Notes under the pieces: generated by a model
What the model was told of the DNA's origin: nothing
The model's database searches: none
What the model saw: only the letters and a program-made list of their open reading frames with translations
Assembly (NCBI GenBank): GCA_963797555.1
Contig: CAWCPV010000020.1
Span: 1 to 64,000, forward strand
Origin: an uncultured Gammaproteobacteria bacterium
GTDB lineage: Bacteria; Pseudomonadota; Gammaproteobacteria; CAWCPV01
DNA: 64,000 bases
Direction of reading: 5' to 3'
Made by a program: the position numbers and the translations under genes
In this document: piece after piece, positions 20,085-30,201 of the stretch
How the letters are laid out: each line of letters begins with the position of its first letter
Numbering within the stretch: position 1 is the first letter of the stretch

Positions 20085-20691
20085 GCGCCTCCTCCTTCTG
20101 ATGGTTGAGAACGAACCGGCCATTGCCGGCTCTGATGCTCGCTGTCGACGGGTCGACCCAAGGAGCGGCACGCGGGCCGCCTCGGGTCCCCTGTGTCAGG
20201 AAAAAACACAGCCTTCCCTCTACCTATCCCCAGCCTCTATCTATCCCCAGCGCGGGGGGGACAGAAGACAAATCTCCCCCCCATAACCGTACACCGCGAC
20301 ACTCCTGACAAATATTGAACTGACCAGTGGCGTTCTCTCCTCAGCCATGGCCCGCCTCTCCGTCCGTGATCCGAAACAGGCGAATTGGTTGCCACACACC
20401 GAGGATCGGTCCAGCCGTTCCGACAAAGCAATGCGCGTCACGGCCGTGTGTAGCTCCTTCCCGCCCGCCTGCAGGAGGGTAAGCGCTGCGCCACTGTAGA
20501 TTCGCCAGCAAGGTATGTCAATATTTGATGAAGCATACCGAATTTACCAGTTCCAACGCGTCTACCGTGGAGAAATCGAAATCTAGCCCTACCGCGCGCA
20601 GCCGTCAAGGCTGAGGTGAGATTTCTTACATTGGTTCTGAATCAAACGCTTATATTCTAATGTAGCGGCAGCGATACTTGTCGCGAAAAAC

Positions 20692-20721
20692 TTGACAGCC
20701 TTCTTTTGAATTGCTTATAAG
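20692..20721 (+). promoter_or_regulatory. Putative sigma-70 promoter of mtrAB
   Basis: TTGACA-18 bp-TATAAG about 100 bp upstream of mtrA. Confidence 0.55.
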
Positions 20722-20817
20722 TGCCCGAGCAAGGGCTTTTCAGGCGAGCAGGGCACTACCCTGCGGTAATCCCGTCCGACCAGACGTATTGATGCATCTC
20801 GAGGGGAGAGCTTTTCG

Positions 20818-21783
20818 GTGATTCCGCACATCGTCAAGGTATCGTTGGCCGTTGGGCTCTGCGGCTGTCTGGCCATGGGTGCAGGACATGCCACACCGGC
20901 CAGCCCGGCAAATCCTGAAGGCACGCACCCGCAAAGCGCCCAGCCTGCCTACTCCGAAAAGGGCGCCGATACGTGTCTGATGTGTCACGCCAACGCCCAG
21001 GTCTTGCCCATCTTCAAGACCAAGCACGGCAATCGAGGGGATCCTCGTAGCCCTATGGCGGGCCTGCAGTGCGAGGCGTGCCACGGGCCCGGAGGCGAGC
21101 ACGTCAAGGCGATGATGTCCGGCAAGATGGTGCCGCCGCCGGTGACCTTCGGTCCCAAGGGGCACACCCCGCCCGCGGAGCAGGACCAGGCATGCCTGCA
21201 GTGTCACGAGAACCACGAGCGCATCGGCTGGAAGGGGAGCCCCCATCAACAGAACGACGTGACCTGCTCCCAGTGCCACCGCGTGCACGTCGCGAAGGAC
21301 GCGGTGCTGGCGCGCAGCGAGCAGCCGGACGTCTGTTACCGGTGTCACAAGCCCCAACGGGCGGAGAGCTACGAGGCATCGTCCCACCCGATCCGTTACG
21401 GCAAGATGGACTGCAGCGACTGCCACAGCCCCCATGGCTCACCCGGCTCGCATCTGCTCATCAAGGAGACGGTGAACGAGACCTGCTACACCTGTCATGC
21501 GGACAAACGGGGACCGTTCCTGTGGGAGCACGCGCCGGCGTCGGAGAACTGCGAGCTTTGCCACCGGCCGCACGGCTCCAATCACCTGGCACTGCTGAGA
21601 AAGGAACCACCGTACCTGTGCCAGGAGTGCCACGCCGAGATCGGCCATCCCAGTGTGTTCTACAACGGAAATGGGATACCGCCGGTGGGCGCCGACCGCG
21701 CCATGCTCGCCCAGGGGTGCATGAACTGCCACTCGCAGGTGCATGGGTCCAACCATCCGTCGGGGGCCACGCTGCTGCGATGA
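20818..21783 (+). CDS. mtrA: DmsE/MtrA/MtoA-family periplasmic decaheme cytochrome c
   Basis: Signal peptide, 10 CxxCH, KRGPFLWEHAP and CMNCHSQVHGSNHPSG signatures. Confidence 0.93.
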   Translation: MIPHIVKVSLAVGLCGCLAMGAGHATPASPANPEGTHPQSAQPAYSEKGADTCLMCHANAQVLPIFKTKHGNRGDPRSPMAGLQCEACHGPGGEHVKAMMSGKMVPPPVTFGPKGHTPPAEQDQACLQCHENHERIGWKGSPHQQNDVTCSQCHRVHVAKDAVLARSEQPDVCYRCHKPQRAESYEASSHPIRYGKMDCSDCHSPHGSPGSHLLIKETVNETCYTCHADKRGPFLWEHAPASENCELCHRPHGSNHLALLRKEPPYLCQECHAEIGHPSVFYNGNGIPPVGADRAMLAQGCMNCHSQVHGSNHPSGATLLR

Positions 21784-21843
21784 ATTTGGGGAGCCGGCAT
21801 CCCTGAGGTGCGGGCTAACTGAACTGAGGGTAGGGGTGAGAAC

Positions 21844-23979
21844 ATGAAAACGACGATGAGTGCTCGTGCCATCCTCGTCATCGCGTCGTCGGGGTGTTTG
21901 CTGACTCCGGCGCTCGCTCAGGAGTCCGGCGACGCGTCGAACTACGGAGAAATCACCAAGAACTGGAAATGCGAGCTGTGCCCCAAGGAGCAGGGACCGA
22001 GCGGCGAGGTGGAAGGGGGCGTCGGTTACGTCTCGGAGGACTCCGCCAAATTCGGGCAGTATACCGGCCTGAACGAGCAAGGACCCTACTTCATCGGCAA
22101 TGGGAATGTCCGCTACCTCACGGGGGGCGCGTGGTATTGGAACATGGACGTTACCAACCTCGGGCTGAGCTCGCGGGATATCGGGTTCGAGGGCGGCAAG
22201 CAAGGAAGCTACACGGGCTTCGTGACATACGACCAGATCCCCGACAACCTGTGGGATACCACGCAAACGCCGTTCCTCGGGGTGGGGGGCAACACGCTCA
22301 CACTCCCCGACAACTGGGTTCCCGCGAGCACCACGCAGGGCATGACGGCCCTTCCCGAAACGCTCAGGAAAGTCAACGTCGACACCCAGCGCAACACCGT
22401 CGCCACCGGCTTCTCCTACATTCCGCTCAAGGACTGGGAAGTCAAACTCCGCTACAGCCACGACCATCAGGACGGCCTGCAGATCATGGGGGGGGCCATT
22501 GGCGGCTCCTTCGGCACGGCCCGCTCCGCCATCCTGCTGGCGCCGGTCGACTACGGCACCGACCAGGTGAACCTCGATGCGTCTTACACCGGCAAACAGT
22601 TCCAGGGACAGATCGGCTACTACGGGTCGTTCTTCACCGACGGCAACAAGTCGCTCACCTGGCAGAATCCCTTCACCGACCCGACCGCTCCCAACGCCCT
22701 CGGGCGCTCGGCTTTGCCGCCCGACAACCAGTTCAATCAGTGGTTCGTACGCGCGGGGTACGATGTGCTTCCGAGCACGCGGGTGAACGGCTACTTTTCG
22801 TATGGCAGGATGTCACAGGACTCGAGCTTCCTCCCCTACACCACGAACCCGACCCTGCCCACGCAGCCGCTGCCCACGGATTCGCTGGGCGGTCAGGTCG
22901 ACGTGATGGCGGCCAAGTTGAACGTCGCGTCCAGGCCGCTTCAGAAGCTTCGGCTGAACGCGGAGTGGCAATACAACGAGCGCGACAACTACACGTCCCA
23001 GAACGTGTACGATTATGTGGTTGCCGACACGGTGATCTCGCCTAATCCCCAGACCAACCCGACGTACAGCTTCCGCCAGAACCTCCTCAAGCTGGACGCG
23101 GCCTATTCGCTGCCCATGCGCACCACGCTCACCGGCGGCGTGGACTACGAGAAGTACCAGCGCACCCAGCAGGAGGTGAATTCGACCAACGACTGGACCT
23201 TCCGAATGAAGCTGAAGACCGTGCCCCACGACATGGTCAATCTGTTCCTGGACTACGCCCACTCCAATCGCACCGGAACCAACTACAACACCGTCGACAC
23301 CATCGTCCCGCCGGAGAACCCGCTGCTGCGCAAGTACTACATGGCCGACCGCGGCCGCAACCTAGTGGGGACACTGCTTACCGTGACTCCGATCGACAGG
23401 ATCAGCATGCAGTTGGGGGTCGACTATGCCCTCGACGACTACCGAAACTCCAGCGTCGGGCTGACCAGCGACGAGGACATCACGTACACCGTGGACCTCT
23501 CCTACGTGCCGTTGGAGCGGCTCACCACGCACGTCTTCTACACTCGCGAAGCCATCACGTCGAAACAGGCCGGAAGTGCGGCCTTCGCCGCGCCGAACTG
23601 GTTCGCGACGAATGAAGATACCGTCAACAGCGTGGGCGCTGGGTTCAAGGTCGCGGCCATCAAGGACAAGCTCGACTTCAGCGTGGACTACGTTTGGTCG
23701 CAGTCCACCGGACAAATCAATCTGTCGAGCCCAGACCTACTTTTTGCCCCTCTCCCCGACCTGACCACCAATCTGCACAGCGTGCGGGTCCAGGGCAAAT
23801 ACAAGCTCAAGGACAATCTGTCCGTCAAGCTCGCGTACTGGTACCAGAATTACGATTCCAGCGACTGGGCGCTGAACAACGTGGCGCCGAATACCATTCC
23901 GCAGGTGCTGAGTCTGGGCCAGCAGCCGTACAAGTACAACGACAACGTCGTCGGCCTCTCAGTCCTTTATCATTTCTAG
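21844..23979 (+). CDS. mtrB: MtrB/PioB-family outer membrane beta-barrel
   Basis: N-terminal WKCELCP, FGQYTGL, PVDYGTD, PDNQFNQ, LRKYYMADR, C-terminal YHF. Confidence 0.93.
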   Translation: MKTTMSARAILVIASSGCLLTPALAQESGDASNYGEITKNWKCELCPKEQGPSGEVEGGVGYVSEDSAKFGQYTGLNEQGPYFIGNGNVRYLTGGAWYWNMDVTNLGLSSRDIGFEGGKQGSYTGFVTYDQIPDNLWDTTQTPFLGVGGNTLTLPDNWVPASTTQGMTALPETLRKVNVDTQRNTVATGFSYIPLKDWEVKLRYSHDHQDGLQIMGGAIGGSFGTARSAILLAPVDYGTDQVNLDASYTGKQFQGQIGYYGSFFTDGNKSLTWQNPFTDPTAPNALGRSALPPDNQFNQWFVRAGYDVLPSTRVNGYFSYGRMSQDSSFLPYTTNPTLPTQPLPTDSLGGQVDVMAAKLNVASRPLQKLRLNAEWQYNERDNYTSQNVYDYVVADTVISPNPQTNPTYSFRQNLLKLDAAYSLPMRTTLTGGVDYEKYQRTQQEVNSTNDWTFRMKLKTVPHDMVNLFLDYAHSNRTGTNYNTVDTIVPPENPLLRKYYMADRGRNLVGTLLTVTPIDRISMQLGVDYALDDYRNSSVGLTSDEDITYTVDLSYVPLERLTTHVFYTREAITSKQAGSAAFAAPNWFATNEDTVNSVGAGFKVAAIKDKLDFSVDYVWSQSTGQINLSSPDLLFAPLPDLTTNLHSVRVQGKYKLKDNLSVKLAYWYQNYDSSDWALNNVAPNTIPQVLSLGQQPYKYNDNVVGLSVLYHF

Positions 23980-24115
23980 GGCGCTGAGGGCCATTGTCCG
24001 TGCCGTCCGGTTCGACCGATTTCCTGCGTCGCCGGGCGGCGGGTTTTTGATTGTCGCTAAACGGGGTCAATCAAGAGCTGTTGTCCCTGATATCGAAACG
24101 GTGGAGGAGGATTGA

Positions 24116-24703
24116 ATGAAGATCGACCAACGAGCGTTGCGCGCAGCATTATTGGCCTGCGCCGCGGCCGCAGCTCCGGCCGTCCTCGCCGCCGGGCCTT
24201 CGGCGGAGATGTTGAGCCAGCCCTGCGCGGGGTGTCACGGCGTCAACGGCGTCAGTGCCGGAGACAGCATCCCGAGCATCGCGGGCATGCCCGAGTCCTA
24301 TCTCGAGCAGGCCATGACCCAGTTCAAGGATGGCAAGCGCTACAGCTCCATCATGGGCCGCATCGCGAAGGGCTATAGCGCCGACGAGATCAAGGCGATG
24401 GCCGGATTCTTCGCGAAGCAGAAGTGGGTCTCCCCGAAACAGAAGGTCGATGTCGCCCTGGTGGAGCAGGGCAAGAAGATACACGGAGCCAAATGCGCCT
24501 TGTGCCATCAAGATAATGGCCGCTCCCAGACGATGAGCGGGCGCTTGGCGGGGCAGTGGCGCGAATATCTGGAGATCCACTTCCACGAGTGCAAGGAGCG
24601 GGCTTCGGGTGTTCCGCAGCCCGCCCCGATGCAGCAGGCCATCGATCAGCTCAATGCCGAGGACATGAAGGCCCTCGCCAACTTTTACGCCAGCCAGCGC
24701 TAA
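24116..24703 (+). CDS. fccA: Diheme cytochrome subunit of flavocytochrome c sulfide dehydrogenase
   Basis: Signal peptide, CAGCH and CALCH, IPSIAGM, SSIMGRIAKGYS; directly upstream of fccB. Confidence 0.85.
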   Translation: MKIDQRALRAALLACAAAAAPAVLAAGPSAEMLSQPCAGCHGVNGVSAGDSIPSIAGMPESYLEQAMTQFKDGKRYSSIMGRIAKGYSADEIKAMAGFFAKQKWVSPKQKVDVALVEQGKKIHGAKCALCHQDNGRSQTMSGRLAGQWREYLEIHFHECKERASGVPQPAPMQQAIDQLNAEDMKALANFYASQR

Positions 24704-24716
24704 CGAGGGGACCCCG

Positions 24717-26000
24717 ATGCCCAATATCTCACGCAGGAACTTCATCAAGACAGCGGCGGGTCTGGCCGCCGTTGGGACTTTCGGAGCCGGCTTTCCGTCC
24801 GTGGGCCGGAGCGCCGCCAAGGGAAGGGTCGTTATCGTCGGGGCCGGCTACGGCGGCGCCATCGCCGCCAGATACCTGCGCATGGAGGACCCCGGCCTGG
24901 ACGTCGTGCTCGTCGAGCAGAACGCGAAGTACGTGTCTTGCCCCCTCAGCAACGAGGTCCTCAGCGGCGAGCGCACCCTGGCGTCCCTCACCTTCGGTTT
25001 CCAGGGCCTCGCTTCTCACGGCGTGAAGGTGCTCCACGACAAGGTCACCGGGATCGACCCCCAGGCACGCAAGGTGCGCACGCACGGCGGCAAGACACTT
25101 CCCTATGACCGCCTTGTGCTTTCGCCCGGCATCGCCTTCAAGTGGGGGGCCATCGAGGGCTACGATGAAGCAGCGAGCGAGATCATGCCTCACGCCTGGG
25201 AGGCAGGGCCGCAGACGGTCCTGCTGCGCAAGCAGATCGAGGCGATGAAGGATGGCGGGACGGTGATCATCGCCGCCCCGCCGAACCCGTACCGCTGCCC
25301 GCCGGGGCCTTATGAGCGCGCTTGCCAGATCGCATACTACTTCAAACAGCACAAGCCCAAGTCGAAGGTGATCATCCTGGACGCCAAAGACGCGTTCGCC
25401 AAGCAGCCCCTGTTCCAGCAAGGGTGGGAGCAGGAGTACCCGGGAATGATTAGCTGGGTGTCCGGAGCGAACGACGGCAAAGTCCTGCGCGTGGACCCCA
25501 AGGCCATGAAGGTGTTCACCGAGTTCGGGGAGCAAATCGGCGACGTGGTGAACATCATTCCGCCCGAGCAAGCCGCCGAGATCGCGACCTCCGCAGGGCT
25601 TGCGGACCCAAGCGGCTGGTGCCCAGTGGATCCGAAGACCTTCGAATCCACCCTGCAGAAGAACATCCACGTCATCGGAGACTCTTGCATCGCCGGCGCC
25701 ATGCCCAAGTCCGGGTACTCAGCGAACTCCCAGGCCAAGGTCTGCGCGGCGGCTATCATTGCGCTGCTCGAGGGCAAACCGGTCGGTGAGCCGTCCTATA
25801 TCAATACCTGCTACAGCCTGGTCGCCCCGGACTACGGGATTTCGGTCGCTGCCGTTTATGCGATGGCCGATGGCAAGATTGACTCGGTCAAGGACTCCGG
25901 TGGCGTGTCTCCCAAGGAGGGCACCGCGTGGGACCGGTACGTCGAGGCGGTTTACGCCAGAAGCTGGTACAAGAACATCACCACCGAGATGTTCGGCTGA
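24717..26000 (+). CDS. fccB: Flavocytochrome c sulfide dehydrogenase flavoprotein (FccB/SoxF)
   Basis: Tat SRRNFIK, GAGYGG FAD motif, YVSCPLSN, RCPPGPYERA, MPKSGYSANSQAK, NTCYS. Confidence 0.92.
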   Translation: MPNISRRNFIKTAAGLAAVGTFGAGFPSVGRSAAKGRVVIVGAGYGGAIAARYLRMEDPGLDVVLVEQNAKYVSCPLSNEVLSGERTLASLTFGFQGLASHGVKVLHDKVTGIDPQARKVRTHGGKTLPYDRLVLSPGIAFKWGAIEGYDEAASEIMPHAWEAGPQTVLLRKQIEAMKDGGTVIIAAPPNPYRCPPGPYERACQIAYYFKQHKPKSKVIILDAKDAFAKQPLFQQGWEQEYPGMISWVSGANDGKVLRVDPKAMKVFTEFGEQIGDVVNIIPPEQAAEIATSAGLADPSGWCPVDPKTFESTLQKNIHVIGDSCIAGAMPKSGYSANSQAKVCAAAIIALLEGKPVGEPSYINTCYSLVAPDYGISVAAVYAMADGKIDSVKDSGGVSPKEGTAWDRYVEAVYARSWYKNITTEMFG

Positions 26001-26097
26001 AGGCAATTCCCGGACTGCGCAGATGCTGGCACGACCTCGCCGTGCCGCGGAGACGGGCTTGCACCACGTAGGATAGTCATCGGAGGGAAATGGTCTG

Positions 26098-26679
26098 ATG
26101 AGACTCATCAAGAATCTACTGGCCATCGTGGGCCTGATCGCCATTGTCGCCGCGGGCGTCACCTACTACGAAGCACACAGGTTCCTGTCACAGCTCGATC
26201 CCGGTGCGCTGGGGACGTACGCGGATTTTGCGCGCAAGCTGGTGGCCACTAAGGACCCCGGCAGCGCGATGGTCTGGTCCGTTCCGGTCGACGAGGGCCT
26301 GGGCGTGGATGAAGTCAAGGAGTCCATGAAGAGCATCGCCGCCAACCACAACTTCCTCTTCGTGGGCGAATCACCGTTCTACAAGCAGGCCGAGGCCGTC
26401 ACGGGGAAACCCTACCGCTACATGAGCTTCCTGTCCTTCTGCGACGCCCGCGTCGGCATGGAGATGGCCGACTACAACAATGCCTACACCGCCTTCATGC
26501 CCTGCCGCATCGCCCTGGTGCAGGACGCGAAGAGCGGCAGGCTCTCCCTGTGGAGCCTGGACCTGGACATGATGATCTATGGCGGCAAGCCGCTGCCGCC
26601 GCATCTCAAGGAGGGCGCCCTGCGCGTCAGGAACACGATCCGCGAGATCATGGAAGGCGCAGCCCACGGGAGCTTCTAG
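26098..26679 (+). CDS. DUF302-domain protein with N-terminal membrane anchor
   Basis: SFC...FMPCRIALV motif; the family is often next to sulfur-oxidation genes. Confidence 0.75.
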   Translation: MRLIKNLLAIVGLIAIVAAGVTYYEAHRFLSQLDPGALGTYADFARKLVATKDPGSAMVWSVPVDEGLGVDEVKESMKSIAANHNFLFVGESPFYKQAEAVTGKPYRYMSFLSFCDARVGMEMADYNNAYTAFMPCRIALVQDAKSGRLSLWSLDLDMMIYGGKPLPPHLKEGALRVRNTIREIMEGAAHGSF

Positions 26680-26830
26680 GATTGGGGCATAGCGCAGCGC
26701 CCCATGGGCACGGCCGCCGATAACCCCGAGGAACCGGCCACTCTAGTCTTGAAGAGGTCCGAACTACGGTCTCGCGAATAAACACGCATACTGCTCCTCG
26801 GGCGAGGAAGCAATACCCTGCCAGACCTCA

Positions 26831-26893
26831 GGGCTCGTGAACAAATTCCGTTGCGCGTCCTGATAGCGCTGGCCGCTATTTCTCTACAAGCCG
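26831..26893. mobile_element. Minimal copy of the MITE-like element
   Basis: TCA|GGGCTCGTGAACAAAT...ATTTCTCTACAAGCCG|TGA: degenerate ends of the same family. Confidence 0.4.
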
Positions 26894-27155
26894 TGATTCA
26901 CACACAGATGTTGGGCGGCTTTTGAGACGCTGCCCGTTTGTGCCGTTTGGCAGAACGCGCGGCTGGCGCAGGCGGTTGGGGGGCAGGGATGGTAGGGACG
27001 GGGCAGCATCGGTGCATTTCGATTATAAGAAAATAATATAGCGACTATTCGCTAAATGGCCTAGTCAAATACTCCGTCCTTTTCTACGGTTAGTGAAGGC
27101 CCGCGGGCAGGACCCGTGGGCAGCACCTTCCCAGCGCTTGGAGCGAGAGAGTCCC

Positions 27156-28760
27156 ATGGCCAGCGGCAGCGCCCGGCGCCTCACCGACGAGTTCCAGATC
27201 ACCGCAGCCGGTGCGGGCGAGGAGCGCCTACTGTCGCCCGAGGCCTGCGCCTTCCTGGTGGGGCTGCACGAGACCTTCGCCGAGCGCGTGGCCGAGCGGT
27301 TGCGCGCCCGGGCGGAGCGCCAAGCACAGTTCGACGCCGGGCAGTTGCCGGATTTTCTGCCCGAGACGCGCTGGGTGCGGGAATCCGCTTGGCAGATCGC
27401 CGCCATCCCCCGCGACCTCCTGGACCGGCGGGTGGAGATTACCGGCCCGGTCGAGCGCAAGCAGGTCATCAATGCGCTCAACAGCGGTGCCAAGGTGTAC
27501 ATGGCCGACTTCGAGGATGCGCACTGCCCCACCTGGGAGGCCACGCTCGCGGGGCAGATCAATCTGCACGAGGCGCTGCGCGGCACCATCGAGTATGTCT
27601 CGCCCGCAGGCAAGCGCTATCGGCTCGGCGAGGCGCCGGCCACCCTGGTGGTCCGGCCGCGGGGCTGGCACTTGGTGGAGAAGCATTTTCTCGTGCGCGG
27701 CCGACCCATCCCCGCGGGACTCTTCGACTTCGGGCTGTATTTCTTTCACAACGCCCGTTACCTCTTGGAGCACGGCAGCGGTCCCTATTTCTACCTCCCC
27801 AAGCTAGAGAGTCACCGGGAGGCGCGGCTGTGGAACGAGGTGTTCAACCTGGCCCAGGATCGGCTCGGGCTGCCGCGCGGCAGCATCAAGGCGACCGTAC
27901 TCATCGAGACCCTGCCGGCGGCCTTCGAGATGCACGAGATCCTCTATGAGCTGCGCGAGCACGTGAGCGGCCTCAACTGCGGGCGCTGGGACTACATCTT
28001 CAGCTTCATCAAGAAGCTGCGCAGCCGCCCCGACTGCGTGCTACCGGAGCGGGCGCAGCTCACCATGCGCACCCACTTCCTGCGCAGCTACTCCCGGCTG
28101 CTCATCCAGACCTGTCACAGGCGCGGCGCCCACGCCATGGGCGGCATGGCCGCCCAGATCCCGGTACGAGACGACGCGCAGGCTAACGCGCGCGCCTTTG
28201 CCCAGGTGCGGGCCGACAAGGAGCGCGAGGCGAGCGACGGGCACGATGGCACCTGGGTCGCCCACCCGGACCTCGTGGCGGTGGCGCAGGAGGTGTTCGA
28301 CACGGTCATGCCGGGTCCCCACCAAATCGAGCGGCGGCAGGAGGAGATGCCCATCGGGGCGAGCGACCTGCTGCGCGTGCCGCCCGGCACCATCACCGAG
28401 CAGGGCGTGCGCGGCAACGTCAGCGCGGCACTTCGTTACCTCGCGGCGTGGCTCGGCGGACGCGGCGCGGTGCCCATCCATCACCTGATGGAAGACGCCG
28501 CGACGGCCGAGATCGCCCGCGCCCAGTTGTGGCAGTGGATACGCCACCCCGCGGGGGTGTTGGAGGACGGACGGCGCGTCAGCGTCGAGATGTTCCGAAA
28601 CGCGCTCTCCGATGATCTCGCGTGTATCGCCCAGGAGCTGGGACGAGACGCGATCGAGCAGGGACATTTCCTGCGCGCCGCAGCGCTGCTGCGGGTCATC
28701 GTGGAAAGCGAGCCGTTCGAGGAGTTCCTGACCCTGCCGGCCTATGAGCAGCTCCCCTGA
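27156..28760 (+). CDS. aceB: Malate synthase A
   Basis: [44 protein letters not shown]. Confidence 0.95.
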   Translation: MASGSARRLTDEFQITAAGAGEERLLSPEACAFLVGLHETFAERVAERLRARAERQAQFDAGQLPDFLPETRWVRESAWQIAAIPRDLLDRRVEITGPVERKQVINALNSGAKVYMADFEDAHCPTWEATLAGQINLHEALRGTIEYVSPAGKRYRLGEAPATLVVRPRGWHLVEKHFLVRGRPIPAGLFDFGLYFFHNARYLLEHGSGPYFYLPKLESHREARLWNEVFNLAQDRLGLPRGSIKATVLIETLPAAFEMHEILYELREHVSGLNCGRWDYIFSFIKKLRSRPDCVLPERAQLTMRTHFLRSYSRLLIQTCHRRGAHAMGGMAAQIPVRDDAQANARAFAQVRADKEREASDGHDGTWVAHPDLVAVAQEVFDTVMPGPHQIERRQEEMPIGASDLLRVPPGTITEQGVRGNVSAALRYLAAWLGGRGAVPIHHLMEDAATAEIARAQLWQWIRHPAGVLEDGRRVSVEMFRNALSDDLACIAQELGRDAIEQGHFLRAAALLRVIVESEPFEEFLTLPAYEQLP

Positions 28761-28835
28761 GTTCAGCCGGCTTTCACTAAAACAACCACGACGCGTCGTC
28801 CAGGCAGGCGACGCGCACCACCGGAGGAGAGCAGC

Positions 28836-30164
28836 ATGCAGCGAGGCCCCCTGATAGCCCAGCTCGAGCGAGACTGGGCCCACAACCCGCGCTGGAAGAC
28901 GGTGCGCCGCGCCTATACGGCGCAAGACGTGATCCGGCTGCGCGGCTCCCGACCGGCCGAGCACACTCTCGCCCGACGCGGCGCAGAGCGGCTGTGGGAG
29001 CTGTTGAACGGCGCCGCCGAGCGCGGCTACGTGAGCTGCCTCGGTGCACTCACGGGAGGCCAGGCGGTGCAGCAGGCCAAGGCCGGCATCCAGGCGATCT
29101 ACGTCTCGGGCTGGCAGGTCGCCGCCGATGCCAACACCTCCGAGACCATGTACCCGGACCAGTCACTCTATCCCCACGACTCGGTGCCCGCCCTGGTGCG
29201 GCGCATCAATCATGCCTTCCAGCGCGCCGACGAGATCCAGTGGGCGCGAGGCATCGAGCCCGGAGCGCCGGGGTGCGTGGACTACTTCCTGCCCATCGTG
29301 GCGGATGCCGAGGCGGGATTCGGCGGCGTATTGAACGCCTTCGAGCTGATGAAGAGCCTCATCGCGGCGGGCGCCGCCGGGGTGCACTTCGAGGACCAGC
29401 TCGCCTCGGCCAAGAAGTGCGGGCACATGGGCGGCAAGGTGCTGGTGCCCACCCAGGAGGCGCTGCACAAGCTCACCGCCGCCCGACTGGCCGCCGATGT
29501 CATGGGGGTGCCCACCCTGCTCATCGCCCGCACCGATGCCGAGGCGGCGTGCCTGCTGACTTCGGACGTGGACGAGCGCGACCGGCGTTTTCTCACCGGG
29601 GAGCGCACCGCCGAGGGCTTTTTCCACACCCGCGCCGGCCTGGAGCAGGCCATCGCCCGGGCGCTCTGCTATGCCCCCTATGCCGATCTCCTGTGGTGCG
29701 AGACCAGCACCCCCGATCTGCTCTTCGCGCGCCGCTTCGCCGAGGCGCTCAAGCGGGAGTATCCGGATCTGATCCTGGCCTACAATTGCAGCCCCTCCTT
29801 TCACTGGAAGAAGAACCTCGACGATGTGAGCATCGCGCAATTCCAGCGCGAGCTGGGCGCCATGGGCTATGCCTACCAGTTCATCACCCTGGCCGGTATC
29901 CACAGCATGTGGCTCAACATGTTCGAGCTGGCCGAGCACTATGCCCGGGAAGGCATGAGCGCTTATGTGAACCTGGTGCAGCAACGCGAGTTTGCCGCCG
30001 CCAGCCGCGGCTACACCTTCGTCGCGCACCAGCAAGAGGTCGGGGCCGGGTATTTCGATGACGTCACGACCGTCATCCAGGGCGGGACCTCCTCGCTTAC
30101 CGCGCTCACGGGCTCCACGGAACAGGCGCAGTTCGAGCCCGCCCGTCACGCCGCAGCCGGCTGA
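28836..30164 (+). CDS. aceA: Isocitrate lyase
   Basis: KKCGHMGGK active-site motif, [14 protein letters not shown]. Confidence 0.96.
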   Translation: MQRGPLIAQLERDWAHNPRWKTVRRAYTAQDVIRLRGSRPAEHTLARRGAERLWELLNGAAERGYVSCLGALTGGQAVQQAKAGIQAIYVSGWQVAADANTSETMYPDQSLYPHDSVPALVRRINHAFQRADEIQWARGIEPGAPGCVDYFLPIVADAEAGFGGVLNAFELMKSLIAAGAAGVHFEDQLASAKKCGHMGGKVLVPTQEALHKLTAARLAADVMGVPTLLIARTDAEAACLLTSDVDERDRRFLTGERTAEGFFHTRAGLEQAIARALCYAPYADLLWCETSTPDLLFARRFAEALKREYPDLILAYNCSPSFHWKKNLDDVSIAQFQRELGAMGYAYQFITLAGIHSMWLNMFELAEHYAREGMSAYVNLVQQREFAAASRGYTFVAHQQEVGAGYFDDVTTVIQGGTSSLTALTGSTEQAQFEPARHAAAG

Positions 30165-30201
30165 GCCGCTCCCCGATCTGGCGCCCAGCGACCCCCCACC
30201 C

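Noticed and set aside
20631-20645. FNR box upstream of mtrA (TTGGTTCTGAATCAA)
   Set aside because: Spacing is N5 rather than N4, and the left half-site is imperfect.
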